Below, piece after piece: positions 19,628-27,567 of a stretch of 50,750 nt of DNA; position 1 is the first letter of the stretch; each line of letters begins with the position of its first letter. A program made the position numbers and the translations under genes. The DNA comes from a virus. The DNA lies in IMG/VR virus record IMGVR_UViG_3300006654_000150, positions 1 through 50,750 of that record. One strand, 5' to 3'. The notes under the pieces were generated by a model. The model was not told the DNA's origin, made no database searches, and saw nothing but the letters and a program-made list of their open reading frames with translations.

Positions 19628-21825
19628 GACTTGATTGCCTCTTTAATGCTGCTCATGGCCGGGCGCCTCATGGATCGCTTGAAGCCGATGCGCGAATTGA
19701 TAGGGGTTGCGATTTCCGACACCACATTCAGAACACCATTCGCCTCAACCGCATCATTCCCCGCCGCATCCTGCCCGTTCAGGGTCATGGGGTAGGTATC
19801 GAGCGCCAGTTCTGGAAGCTGCTGACTCCATGTGCCACCGGAGGGGGTTGGGTTGTAGGTAACGCTATTGACTACCAGGGTGAGGCTTGTGGCATCCCCT
19901 GAACTGCCGGTAACCACCGGAGTGGTGTCTGTGGTCGTCAGGGCGTTGATGGAGATAACAGGCGCTACGCCATCCACAAGGACGCCAGAGGTGTCGCCAA
20001 CGCTGTTCAGCGCCAGTGTGGCGTTGTTGCTTGAGGCATCCTGCAGTGTTCCGCCTTCCAGTGTGAGGCTGGATACAGCAATGCCGTTGTCGTCTTCGTC
20101 GCCTGCCTGAACTGTGTAGGTGAACACCAGGGCGCTTGAGCCGCTACCGGATACGTAGTCGGCCTGGCGAGACGTTCCGCCGATATCAAGATTCAGCGCC
20201 GGAGTGCCCGTGACCGTAACGGCTTCGTCCCAGTTGACGGTAAAGCTCAGGTCATCGCCAATGGCGTAAGTGCCAGCAGTTGGCACCCCCACGCTTTGGG
20301 TAACCGGCCCCGTCACATCGGGCGGCTGCTGGGTGCTGTTGTTCGTTACCGCCTGCCCGCTGAGCGTTGCCAGATCGTTTGGTGTGGCCGCCTGATCCTG
20401 GAAGCCGTCTCCGGGCTGCGTGTAGCCAATCGTCAGCGTGTCTTCGTCGGTCAGTGTGCGTGATGGCGTCAGGTTGACAATCGTGTCGTCTGTGCCGTCT
20501 ACCGACGCAGAGCTGACAGAGACGCCTGCAAGGCTGATGGCCCAGCCGCCAGATCCGCCTGCGCCAACCTGCATGGATTCGGACATCTGTACGGCAATGT
20601 TATTGCCCGCCGTGGGTACAGAGGCGCTTGAGATGGTGGGGGCGGTTTCGTCCGTGCCATCAACGGTCGCCGTCGCCTGAAACGTTCCGGTGGCGCCCGA
20701 CTCTGGCACAAAATACTTCAGGGTTGCTGTGGACTCTCCGGCAGCAACTTCGGTGCTGTGGAGTGCAATGTCGTTGAGTTCGTCTTCCGCCGCGTCCATG
20801 GCGGCCCAATCGACGACGACCACGCCGGAATCAAAGTCAGTTACAACGCCCCACTCTACCGGGCCATCTGTGGCGAATGCAGTATCGAAGAATGCTGAGT
20901 TCGCGTCAGGCTCCCCGTGCGTGACCAGCTCATAGGGGTAGCTGTTGGCGTAGCTAATGACTGTGCTGGCTGTCGTGCTGTCCACAGATACAACCAGGTC
21001 CGCAGTGCCGTCATCAGCAATCAGCGGAGCGGTGTAGCTGTAGGTTGATCCGCTGACCAGCGTTAGAGTGCCGACGCTTGTGCCGTTCAGTGTGGCGCTT
21101 ACCGGGGCCGCGCTGTTGCCTGACAGGGTGAACTCGGCTGTATCGCCCTCGCTGGTGATGTCATCTGCAGAGGATACTGAAGGCCCAGAACTTAGAGGGT
21201 CGTCAGCATCGTATGTCGGTGATCCGTTAACCGTCAGGGCTGAGGCGGCCCCTGTTTCATTTGAGTTGCTTATCAGATCCGCGCCGTCGGGTAAGACCGC
21301 ATTGATTTCTGAAACATTTGTGGCGGAATTATATGCCGCAGCATCCACAGCCGATATTGCCGACCCCGACCGCCTGTAGTATGCAGCCTTGCCGCTCAAA
21401 AAGTTGTCAATTACACCGTCATTGCCGCTGTTTACGCGGGCGCCAATCAGCATTCCATCGTTTGTGTTCGTGTTTATGCTGTAGGAAACAGTTTCGGCAG
21501 GCTGATCATCTAAATACAGCGTTATGCTCGACCCATCATTAACAAGAACTACGGAGTGCCATGTGTCGGCGCTGATCGCAACTTTGCCGGTCTGGTTGTA
21601 GGTAGACCCATGAATGACCCCACGAACACCAGCCGGTGATTCGGTTGTGTATTGCGGGTAAAAGCCGTTCTGGATTCCACTGTCGTCGTTGAAAAAGCCG
21701 ACAGGGGTCTGGTCAACCGCCAGCGTGTCTGTTTTAAACTTTATTGCTACGGTTAGTGCCGCGTTCGAGTTCTTGGAAAAAGACTCCCTTAGCCACTGGT
21801 CCACCCCGTTTAAATTAATCGCCAT
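19624..21825 (-). CDS. Large LamG (concanavalin-like) plus tandem Ig-like repeat protein
   Basis: N-terminal LamG-like segment is TVAIKFKTD...WHSVVLVNDGSSITLYLDD. It is followed by repeats of the adhesin type (VTVTGTPALNLDIGGTSRQADYVSGSGSSALVFTYTVQAGDEDDNG). Confidence 0.6.
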   Translation of the reverse strand: MAINLNGVDQWLRESFSKNSNAALTVAIKFKTDTLAVDQTPVGFFNDDSGIQNGFYPQYTTESPAGVRGVIHGSTYNQTGKVAISADTWHSVVLVNDGSSITLYLDDQPAETVSYSINTNTNDGMLIGARVNSGNDGVIDNFLSGKAAYYRRSGSAISAVDAAAYNSATNVSEINAVLPDGADLISNSNETGAASALTVNGSPTYDADDPLSSGPSVSSADDITSEGDTAEFTLSGNSAAPVSATLNGTSVGTLTLVSGSTYSYTAPLIADDGTADLVVSVDSTTASTVISYANSYPYELVTHGEPDANSAFFDTAFATDGPVEWGVVTDFDSGVVVVDWAAMDAAEDELNDIALHSTEVAAGESTATLKYFVPESGATGTFQATATVDGTDETAPTISSASVPTAGNNIAVQMSESMQVGAGGSGGWAISLAGVSVSSASVDGTDDTIVNLTPSRTLTDEDTLTIGYTQPGDGFQDQAATPNDLATLSGQAVTNNSTQQPPDVTGPVTQSVGVPTAGTYAIGDDLSFTVNWDEAVTVTGTPALNLDIGGTSRQADYVSGSGSSALVFTYTVQAGDEDDNGIAVSSLTLEGGTLQDASSNNATLALNSVGDTSGVLVDGVAPVISINALTTTDTTPVVTGSSGDATSLTLVVNSVTYNPTPSGGTWSQQLPELALDTYPMTLNGQDAAGNDAVEANGVLNVVSEIATPINSRIGFKRSMRRPAMSSIKEAIKS

Positions 21826-22931
21826 TACAGAGGCTCCCCATTTTGGTTATAAGGCGTGCCGTCTGATTTAATGACATAGAGGTAGTTGCCAGACAAAGAC
21901 CCGAGACCCGCAGAGTCAAGAACGACATTGCTGATAGATGTGCTGGACCAATCTGTTTCGGAGACAGGCAAAATCTCTGTGTGTGTGCACGCATCCCATG
22001 TCGAGGCGTTGCCAATCTCAACCCTGGCCTCAGTTGTTGCTACATAGGAGTCGGTGTAGTCCCTTATCGCGCCATCATAGTCTGTATCCATAAAGCCAAG
22101 TCGGAAATTTTTCCAGCCAGTACAATCAACGGTCATGTTGTCTGGCTGCCACATGAAAGACTCGTCTTCTATCCCGACCGTTCTTCCCCGCCAAACTCTA
22201 CAAACCCCGTCCGAAATGCCGGGAGTGTTAAGAGCTACAAGCGTATCCCACCGCTGCCACTTGTCCTCGGTGTCACTACCAAGAGACCATCCGGCGCTAC
22301 TGAAAACATTGGAATCGGAGCCCGAAAGATTAGCCCCCATTGCGTAGGCAGTTTGTCCGGCAGGTACGTGCAAGATAGGTTGGGGAACTTCGGTTAATCC
22401 TGCTCCTGACGTGCCATTCCCGAACACATAGTAATCTTTCCAATTGACATTGCTGGCCACGTAAGAGCCAGATTTCGAATAGCGCCAATAGCTAATAAAG
22501 AGCTTCTGATCCGATCTGCCACCCCCGTACCCGAAACCGCCGTTACGGTTGCTGCCGCCGTTGTTTGATCGACGGCGAAGGGACATTGACCTTCCTGGCC
22601 TCGTGTTAGCGTTCGAGAAAAGCAGATGCTCTCCAGAGGAGTCAGCGCCGAGACCTATTACAAACGTTCCTAGTGTGCCCTGGGCTCCTAATGTAGCGGC
22701 CTCCCCCTCAATTGGGTCGTTGTTTGCGCCTTCATCGCCGCGAGCGTACTGGACAACAACCCCGTCAAAGTCTCCGAAGTTACCGTCTGTCGGCGAGACT
22801 GAAACAGTAGACCCTTCAGAAATAGGCCCCGTTATGCTTAGGTTTCCAGAGCCCCCGCCGCCGCCATTATCCAGGTCAAGCAAAAGAGACCTAGACGCAG
22901 CAACAGACAGCGGTGAGTCGTTTGTGGCCAT
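21825..22931 (-). CDS. Hypothetical Gly/Ser/Trp-rich protein, possible beta-jelly-roll carbohydrate-active protein
   Basis: 368 aa from the ATG at 22931 (GGGAG 7 nt upstream). Its stop overlaps the start of the LamG/Ig gene. No motif I can name. Confidence 0.5.
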   Translation of the reverse strand: MATNDSPLSVAASRSLLLDLDNGGGGGSGNLSITGPISEGSTVSVSPTDGNFGDFDGVVVQYARGDEGANNDPIEGEAATLGAQGTLGTFVIGLGADSSGEHLLFSNANTRPGRSMSLRRRSNNGGSNRNGGFGYGGGRSDQKLFISYWRYSKSGSYVASNVNWKDYYVFGNGTSGAGLTEVPQPILHVPAGQTAYAMGANLSGSDSNVFSSAGWSLGSDTEDKWQRWDTLVALNTPGISDGVCRVWRGRTVGIEDESFMWQPDNMTVDCTGWKNFRLGFMDTDYDGAIRDYTDSYVATTEARVEIGNASTWDACTHTEILPVSETDWSSTSISNVVLDSAGLGSLSGNYLYVIKSDGTPYNQNGEPL

Positions 22932-23042
22932 CACTTGGCTCCCATTAAGGTGCTCTGATCGTCCGAGTTGATTTCGCGAAAACGTCGGAATTATTTACAG
23001 TCGAACGGCCCAAAAGGTAATAGGCTCTTGATTTTAAATGCC

Positions 23043-23058
23043 TGGCACGGACTATGCT
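23043..23058 (+). promoter_or_regulatory. Sigma54 (RpoN) -24/-12 promoter
   Basis: TGGCACGGACTATGCT against consensus TGGCAC-N5-TTGCW. GG and GC are correctly spaced with one mismatch. Lies 35 nt upstream of the PEP-CTERM gene start. Confidence 0.6.
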
Positions 23059-23092
23059 GTCATGGCGGTACAGCTAAAACAGGAGAAATTGC

Positions 23093-23629
23093 GTGAAATG
23101 GATTCTTTTAATAGTCTTTCTTGTGCCCTTCAATGTCTCCGCCACCGTGATCGATTACCGGTTCACTGGTGCCGCGCTTGATTTAATTGATCACAAGACC
23201 ACTTATGATGTGCTTATTGATTTCTCGGTAGACACTGAAACAGCGCTTCTTACAAGCTTTGAAATGAACTTTCAGGGCGAATCATGGGCGCAGAACCCTG
23301 GATTTCCTGGCCAAGTTTCGGTTGTGTCAACAGTGCCAGATGTCCCTCGCGTTGAGGTTTTCTGGCTGAAATGGGACCCCCAGCCAACTAACGGGCAAGA
23401 CACGTTGTTTTTTTATGGTTTCCCTGAATGGAAACTCTATCACTATGGCGAAGTCGCAAATCCACTATTGCACTTGGAAAAATCTTGGATAAGTGCGTCT
23501 GTTTTTGAAACAGGTGGTGGTGACTCATTTATCTTGGATGGACAGTTTGCAAAAGTCCCCGAACCGGCCTCCCTATCCCTACTTGCGCTCGGCCTGGCCG
23601 CTATCGGCATCAGGCGACGATTCCGCTGA
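23093..23629 (+). CDS. Secreted PEP-CTERM sorting-domain protein (exosortase substrate), cargo gene
   Basis: Signal peptide MKWILLIVFLVPFNVSA. C-terminus VPEPASLSLLALGLAAIGIRRRFR is a textbook PEP-CTERM anchor. GTG start 6 nt after AGGAGA. Clearly lower GC than the flanks. Confidence 0.85.
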   Translation: MKWILLIVFLVPFNVSATVIDYRFTGAALDLIDHKTTYDVLIDFSVDTETALLTSFEMNFQGESWAQNPGFPGQVSVVSTVPDVPRVEVFWLKWDPQPTNGQDTLFFYGFPEWKLYHYGEVANPLLHLEKSWISASVFETGGGDSFILDGQFAKVPEPASLSLLALGLAAIGIRRRFR

Positions 23630-23860
23630 CCACTTGCGCAGTTCGGTTTTGTCGGTGTTGCAGATCCGCAGCATGGTCTGCAGTTCGCTTGCGTAATCGG
23701 CCAGGTCGATATTCTTCATGGTCAGCGCAGGCGGAGGAATCGGGCACGGCTCCAGCAGGTAGGCTGGTGGATACCGGTATTCAGTCTTGGTCTGGACGAG
23801 CGCCGGCTTGCAGGCTGTCAATAACAGCAGCAGGCACATCATCATGAGTCCACGGATCAT
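23579..23860 (-). CDS. o-spanin (outer-membrane lipoprotein, Rz1-like)
   Basis: Lipobox LLLTAC. The mature part is Pro-rich. It starts inside the i-spanin gene in another frame and extends past its stop (overlapped architecture). Confidence 0.7.
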   Translation of the reverse strand: MIRGLMMMCLLLLLTACKPALVQTKTEYRYPPAYLLEPCPIPPPALTMKNIDLADYASELQTMLRICNTDKTELRKWSAESSPDADSGQAERK

Positions 23861-24134
23861 CTTTCAGGGCCTTGTCGCGCTCGCGCCGGATGGCGTCAGC
23901 TTCGGATTCCGCCTTATCCTTGGCTCGCTTGGCGTTGAGTACGGCTTGATCTCGGCGCTGCATCTCGGTAGCCATTTCGGCATTCTCGGCAACCTGATCG
24001 CTCAGGGATTGCTCAAGTTGACTGTTGGCCTGTTCAAGCTGGCCTACGTCTTCGTAGAGGCCTTTAATCAGCCAGCCGGCCAGTAGCAGGAGGACGACCA
24101 GAACACCGGTTACGCCCATCATTAGGCGGCTCAT
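23781..24134 (-). CDS. i-spanin (Rz-like)
   Basis: Start reassigned to ATG 24134 (MSRLMMGVTGVLVVLLLLAGWLI...), giving an ATGA overlap with the holin stop. N-terminal TM plus coiled coil. Confidence 0.7.
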   Translation of the reverse strand: MSRLMMGVTGVLVVLLLLAGWLIKGLYEDVGQLEQANSQLEQSLSDQVAENAEMATEMQRRDQAVLNAKRAKDKAESEADAIRRERDKALKDDPWTHDDVPAAVIDSLQAGARPDQD

Positions 24135-24340
24135 TTGCCCTCCGGATTCCCGCGCCACAAAGTCAGGACAGTGGCAAGGATTCCGATTACACCCGTCACG
24201 ATGGTGGCCACCGCAGCACCCCCGATGGCTTGCATGACAGCAGGATCGGTGACACGCAGTACAACGATAGTGATCAGTACGCAGGCCCATATCAGGACCA
24301 GTCGACGCACAACCAGGTGTTTGGTGAGAAAGTCAGGCAT
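24131..24340 (-). CDS. Holin (two TM segments), possible dual-start
   Basis: ATG 24340 is preceded by GAGGAA at 7 nt. An in-frame upstream ATG at 24358 would add MTRNNV. The product has two hydrophobic helices. Confidence 0.65.
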   Translation of the reverse strand: MPDFLTKHLVVRRLVLIWACVLITIVVLRVTDPAVMQAIGGAAVATIVTGVIGILATVLTLWRGNPEGK

Positions 24341-24719
24341 CACGTTGTTCCTCGTCACTCATCCGGCGCTTCAGTAGCTCAATCTCGCCCTTCATGCCGG
24401 CCATCTTGGCGTTGCATTCCTCGCGTTCACGCTGCATCGCCTCACGGTGCTCTATCGCTTGAGTCTTCAGGGCGCTGTCGAGATCCGTGACCAGCGTGTT
24501 CAGGCGGTTGAGCTCTGCCGCCATGTGCTCAACCAGGTTTGATTCGCGCTCAGTGAGGTTGGCGTCTCTTGATGTTTTTCCCATCAGCATGAGCTTCACG
24601 AACGCCAGCGCGGCAAAGCACATGGTTGTGAACACGACGCCCAGGAAGGCCCAAACGCCATTTACATCGGAAAGCTGGGCTTGAATTGAACTCCAGGGCA
24701 TTCTCTCGTCTCGGGTCAT
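24333..24719 (-). CDS. Membrane-anchored coiled-coil protein in the lysis cassette
   Basis: One TM (VWAFLGVVFTTMCFAALAFVKLMLM) followed by coiled coil. Sits between the endolysin and holin genes. Confidence 0.5.
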   Translation of the reverse strand: MTRDERMPWSSIQAQLSDVNGVWAFLGVVFTTMCFAALAFVKLMLMGKTSRDANLTERESNLVEHMAAELNRLNTLVTDLDSALKTQAIEHREAMQREREECNAKMAGMKGEIELLKRRMSDEEQRDA

Positions 24720-24731
24720 GTGGGCTCGGGG

Positions 24732-25193
24732 TTACGGGTAGGCCTTCCAAGGCAACTGGAAATGAGGACCGTCCAGAAACGGCTTTTCTCCTCGATCATG
24801 CTTCTCCCTGACGTAAGCCTCGCTGGCTTCATCTGCGCTGCCATATCCTGACAGGTCGCGCCCCCATGCTGCCCCCCACTCGATTTCGATGCCGAGCTCA
24901 TCGGCGGCATGCTTCATGGCGTCAGCGATCTTGTAATAGAGCGGCCAGTCCCAGCGCACGCCACCGGTTACCCAGGCGCCCAGGTCAACGGCATGGCCGG
25001 TCAGGTGGCGGCTATTCATCGTGGTGGACGCGCCAGAGTCGAACAGTTCTTTCTGGCGGGACTTGCTGCGCAGACCCTCCAGTACCGTGAAGTCAACTTC
25101 GGTGATCTGGATGGCGCGTTCGACAACGGAAAAGAGGTCGTCATGGATGCCTGACAATCTGCTCAATGACCGGGAACTGAGTTTGAATGGCAT
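24732..25193 (-). CDS. Endolysin, peptidase M15 (VanY / L-Ala-D-Glu peptidase type)
   Basis: Start reassigned to ATG 25193 (GGAGG 7 nt upstream). Motifs: SRHLTGHAVDL and DGPHFQL. Confidence 0.8.
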   Translation of the reverse strand: MPFKLSSRSLSRLSGIHDDLFSVVERAIQITEVDFTVLEGLRSKSRQKELFDSGASTTMNSRHLTGHAVDLGAWVTGGVRWDWPLYYKIADAMKHAADELGIEIEWGAAWGRDLSGYGSADEASEAYVREKHDRGEKPFLDGPHFQLPWKAYP

Positions 25194-25271
25194 GGCGACC
25201 TCCAGGAATAAAAAACCCGGCGCATGGCCGGGAAGGAAGTGCAACAGGACGGTTGCGGGGTAATCGGGCAC

Positions 25272-25310
25272 AAAAAAAGCCGCGACGGCGGAACCGGGCG
25301 GCTTTCTTTT
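25272..25310 (-). terminator. Rho-independent terminator between the late promoter and the lysis genes (tR'-like)
   Basis: GCCGC...GCGGC stem followed by U7 on the minus strand (A7 at 25272..25278 on plus). Confidence 0.6.
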
Positions 25311-25336
25311 GGGGGAAACTTCACGAATTAGCTGAA

Positions 25337-25364
25337 AGTGTACCCTGTAATAAGGAATTGTCAA
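25337..25364 (-). promoter_or_regulatory. Late promoter candidate (pR'-like)
   Basis: Minus strand reads TTGACA-N16-TACACT. It is directly downstream of the Q-like gene and upstream of the terminator. Confidence 0.5.
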
Positions 25365-25376
25365 ACAGTCCAACAG

Positions 25377-25862
25377 TCAGGCAGCAACTTTTTCGGCCAG
25401 CAGTGATTCAAGCGCACGGTATCCATCATGCACACGCTGGCTGAATGCTTGCGGGCTGCACCTGAGTTGCTGTGCGCAAGCCTCGTCGTTCCAATGAATC
25501 TCTATTCGGGCATCGGGTGTAAACGGATCTACCGCCACCTTGGTTCGCCCTCGGTATGCCCGATCCATGCACAGCGCCTCTCGCTGCCGGTCACTGATGT
25601 TGCGCATAACCACACACGCCATCTTGTGGCTATCGCTCCACTCCCTGAGCCACTTGGACTGCTCGTAAACCTTGTTGAAGCCGCTGAATCCGGATGACTT
25701 CGGTAGCTCCCCCTTGAAGTCGACCAGCTTGCCTATCAGGCTGTCGCCCTGCCAGCCGGCGTCCTGATCTCTGGACAGCAACACATCCAAAAACAGATCC
25801 ACCACCAATTGCGCCTGCTGCCTTGCTGTTCTTGTCTGGCCGTTACGCTTCTGGTTCGCCAT
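25377..25862 (-). CDS. Late-gene regulator, antiterminator Q-like
   Basis: 161 aa from ATG 25862. Last gene before the promoter-terminator pair and the lysis genes. The C-terminal HTH-like part ISDRQREALCMDRAY...CSPQAFSQRVHDGYRALESLL resembles Q-family proteins. Confidence 0.5.
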   Translation of the reverse strand: MANQKRNGQTRTARQQAQLVVDLFLDVLLSRDQDAGWQGDSLIGKLVDFKGELPKSSGFSGFNKVYEQSKWLREWSDSHKMACVVMRNISDRQREALCMDRAYRGRTKVAVDPFTPDARIEIHWNDEACAQQLRCSPQAFSQRVHDGYRALESLLAEKVAA

Positions 25863-25863
25863 A

Positions 25864-26127
25864 TCACCCTCGCATTCCGTTAAACAGCTTCCGAATCTCT
25901 TTCTCGTCATCTTGCTCTGTCAGCCAGGCCTCTAATTCCTCCCGGCTTATCTGTTTTTCCCGGTACTCGCCCCACTTGCTTCGGGCCTTGGTTTCGGTTG
26001 GTATCGGTGCAAACCCCTCAAACCTCGCCCCGAAGCGGTCTCTGCAGCTTCTGGCCGCTTCTGCAATGCTCCCTTCGGTAAGCATCGTTGCCCGCTTGCC
26101 GTCTATGATGGCGGTAAGCTGGTTCAT
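25864..26127 (-). CDS. Hypothetical protein
   Basis: Start reassigned to ATG 26127 (MNQLTAIIDGK...), giving an ATGA overlap with the upstream ORF. Confidence 0.5.
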   Translation of the reverse strand: MNQLTAIIDGKRATMLTEGSIAEAARSCRDRFGARFEGFAPIPTETKARSKWGEYREKQISREELEAWLTEQDDEKEIRKLFNGMRG

Positions 26128-26360
26128 ACACTCACCAAACACCCATTCTGCAACTGATACCCAGCCCGGCCCCGATAGATCGTCAGCGGATACCGGTTTG
26201 TGATCAGCCAGCCGTGCTTCAGGTACACATCGATCAGGTCGCGTAGCTCCTGTTGGACGCGGCGGCAAGGTCTTTCCTCGCCGGACCACGCGGCGGTGCT
26301 GCCGTCCTCGTTCTGGATAACGCGAGCCCTGCAATAGAACATGTCGTTGCCTGCTTTCAC
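26124..26360 (-). CDS. Hypothetical protein
   Basis: GTG 26360 overlaps the NinG stop (GTGA). GGGAGGAAGG lies upstream. Confidence 0.45.
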   Translation of the reverse strand: MKAGNDMFYCRARVIQNEDGSTAAWSGEERPCRRVQQELRDLIDVYLKHGWLITNRYPLTIYRGRAGYQLQNGCLVSV

Positions 26361-26959
26361 GCCGCCTTCCTCCCGCTCTCGATATCTCGTATTCTCTGAC
26401 TCCACTGCTTACGCAGAGCCTCCAGTTCCTGCCAGCCCCACTTCACCGGCGATGTATTCGATTCGCAGTAGTCGATGATCCGCTGGGCCTCAGCTTCTCC
26501 GAACCGCTCAACCAACCCCTGCTTGTAGCCTCGGCTTGTCTTGGTGCCTTCGATGTTCCCGCTCAACGATTCATTACAGGCCTTGTTGCATTGCAGGAAC
26601 GTGTTCATCCGGTCATACCGCAGGTTGGATTGCGCACCTCGGGTCTTGAAGTGGCCACAACACCAGTCCATGCGCGTCTTGCCGCAGGAAATACACTCAG
26701 GCTCCATGCCTCGCTGTCTGAACCACTGCAATTCCTCGAGTACGCGCATCCGGTTGAATACTCGCTGGCACTGCTTGTGCTGCCAAGTAAGATCCCGGCG
26801 GTTGAATTCCCGGCGCTCGGAGCGGGCCTGCCTTGCAGCTTTTTCAGCCTTCTTCGTAGCCACCTTGCGGCCAACGGCCAGTGCACAGGCGGGACTGCAA
26901 GCAACCTGCAGGCTGTTGTATGGCTCGAACTTGGCTTTGCATTCGCGGCACTTCTTCAT
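26357..26959 (-). CDS. ninG: NinG/Rap-like recombination endonuclease
   Basis: Has the same Cys pattern and layout as lambda NinG: MKKCRECKAKF...CSPACAL, then PECISCGK...CCGHF...QCNKACNESLSGN. Confidence 0.85.
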   Translation of the reverse strand: MKKCRECKAKFEPYNSLQVACSPACALAVGRKVATKKAEKAARQARSERREFNRRDLTWQHKQCQRVFNRMRVLEELQWFRQRGMEPECISCGKTRMDWCCGHFKTRGAQSNLRYDRMNTFLQCNKACNESLSGNIEGTKTSRGYKQGLVERFGEAEAQRIIDYCESNTSPVKWGWQELEALRKQWSQRIRDIESGRKAA

Positions 26960-27240
26960 ATTCCGCTTCCTGCCAACTCTGCCCGCAAGCGGTCAACCAG
27001 AGTCGGGTGCATGACAAAAGATCCATCGCTTAGCTGGAAAGCGCCTGGGGCATCTTCCGTGCCGAAGCGCTTCAGCCATTTCTTCTGCACCCGGCGATGA
27101 TATGTCTCGCTCATGGAAGCCGATTTTTTATGCTTGCGTTTCGGAGCACTCACAACTGCAAACTCACTGCTGTATACGCGAACTCCAGAAGCGCCGAGAA
27201 CAAGGTCAGGCGCGCGATTTACCATTGGTAGGTTAAACAT
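26956..27240 (-). CDS. Hypothetical protein
   Basis: ATG 27240 overlaps the upstream stop (ATGTTTAA). 94 aa. Confidence 0.5.
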   Translation of the reverse strand: MFNLPMVNRAPDLVLGASGVRVYSSEFAVVSAPKRKHKKSASMSETYHRRVQKKWLKRFGTEDAPGAFQLSDGSFVMHPTLVDRLRAELAGSGI

Positions 27241-27421
27241 TCTCACCATCCTCCATCGCCGTGGCCGCATAGTTGCGCCAGGTCAGGTCAACTTGCCTGG
27301 TTGCCCGGATATCCTCCCGCTGGATCTCGCCACCGTTGGCCAGGAAATCCCGCGTCAGTAGTTCAATCTCCGCGCTCTTGGCCTTCTTGCTGTTGCGGCG
27401 GGTTTCTCCGATGCTGGTCAT
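27233..27421 (-). CDS. Hypothetical protein
   Basis: 62 aa. Its ATG is overlapped by the stop of the small upstream ORF. Confidence 0.5.
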   Translation of the reverse strand: MTSIGETRRNSKKAKSAEIELLTRDFLANGGEIQREDIRATRQVDLTWRNYAATAMEDGENV

Positions 27422-27567
27422 GCTGCCTCCCCGATAATTGAGACTGCGGAATAAAGCGCTGCCGCCACGAATATCGCCGCCTCACCGTAACTCCGGGAGC
27501 GGACCATGAAGCCGGCCATTGCCGAGCAGAGGGCTACGCTGAATATCGACGCATAAAGAACTGTCAC
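27418..27567 (-). CDS. Small two-TM membrane protein (49 aa, not in the ORF track)
   Basis: GTG overlaps the NinB stop (GTGA) and its TGA overlaps the next ATG (ATGA). Sequence: VTVLYASIFSVALCSAMAGFMVRSRSYGEAAIFVAAALYSAVSIIGEAA. Confidence 0.35.
   Translation of the reverse strand: MTVLYASIFSVALCSAMAGFMVRSRSYGEAAIFVAAALYSAVSIIGEAA

Noticed and set aside
19624-22931. Diversity-generating retroelement or other hypervariation system acting on the LamG/Ig genes
   Set aside because: No reverse transcriptase ORF and no template/variable repeat pair is visible anywhere in the window.
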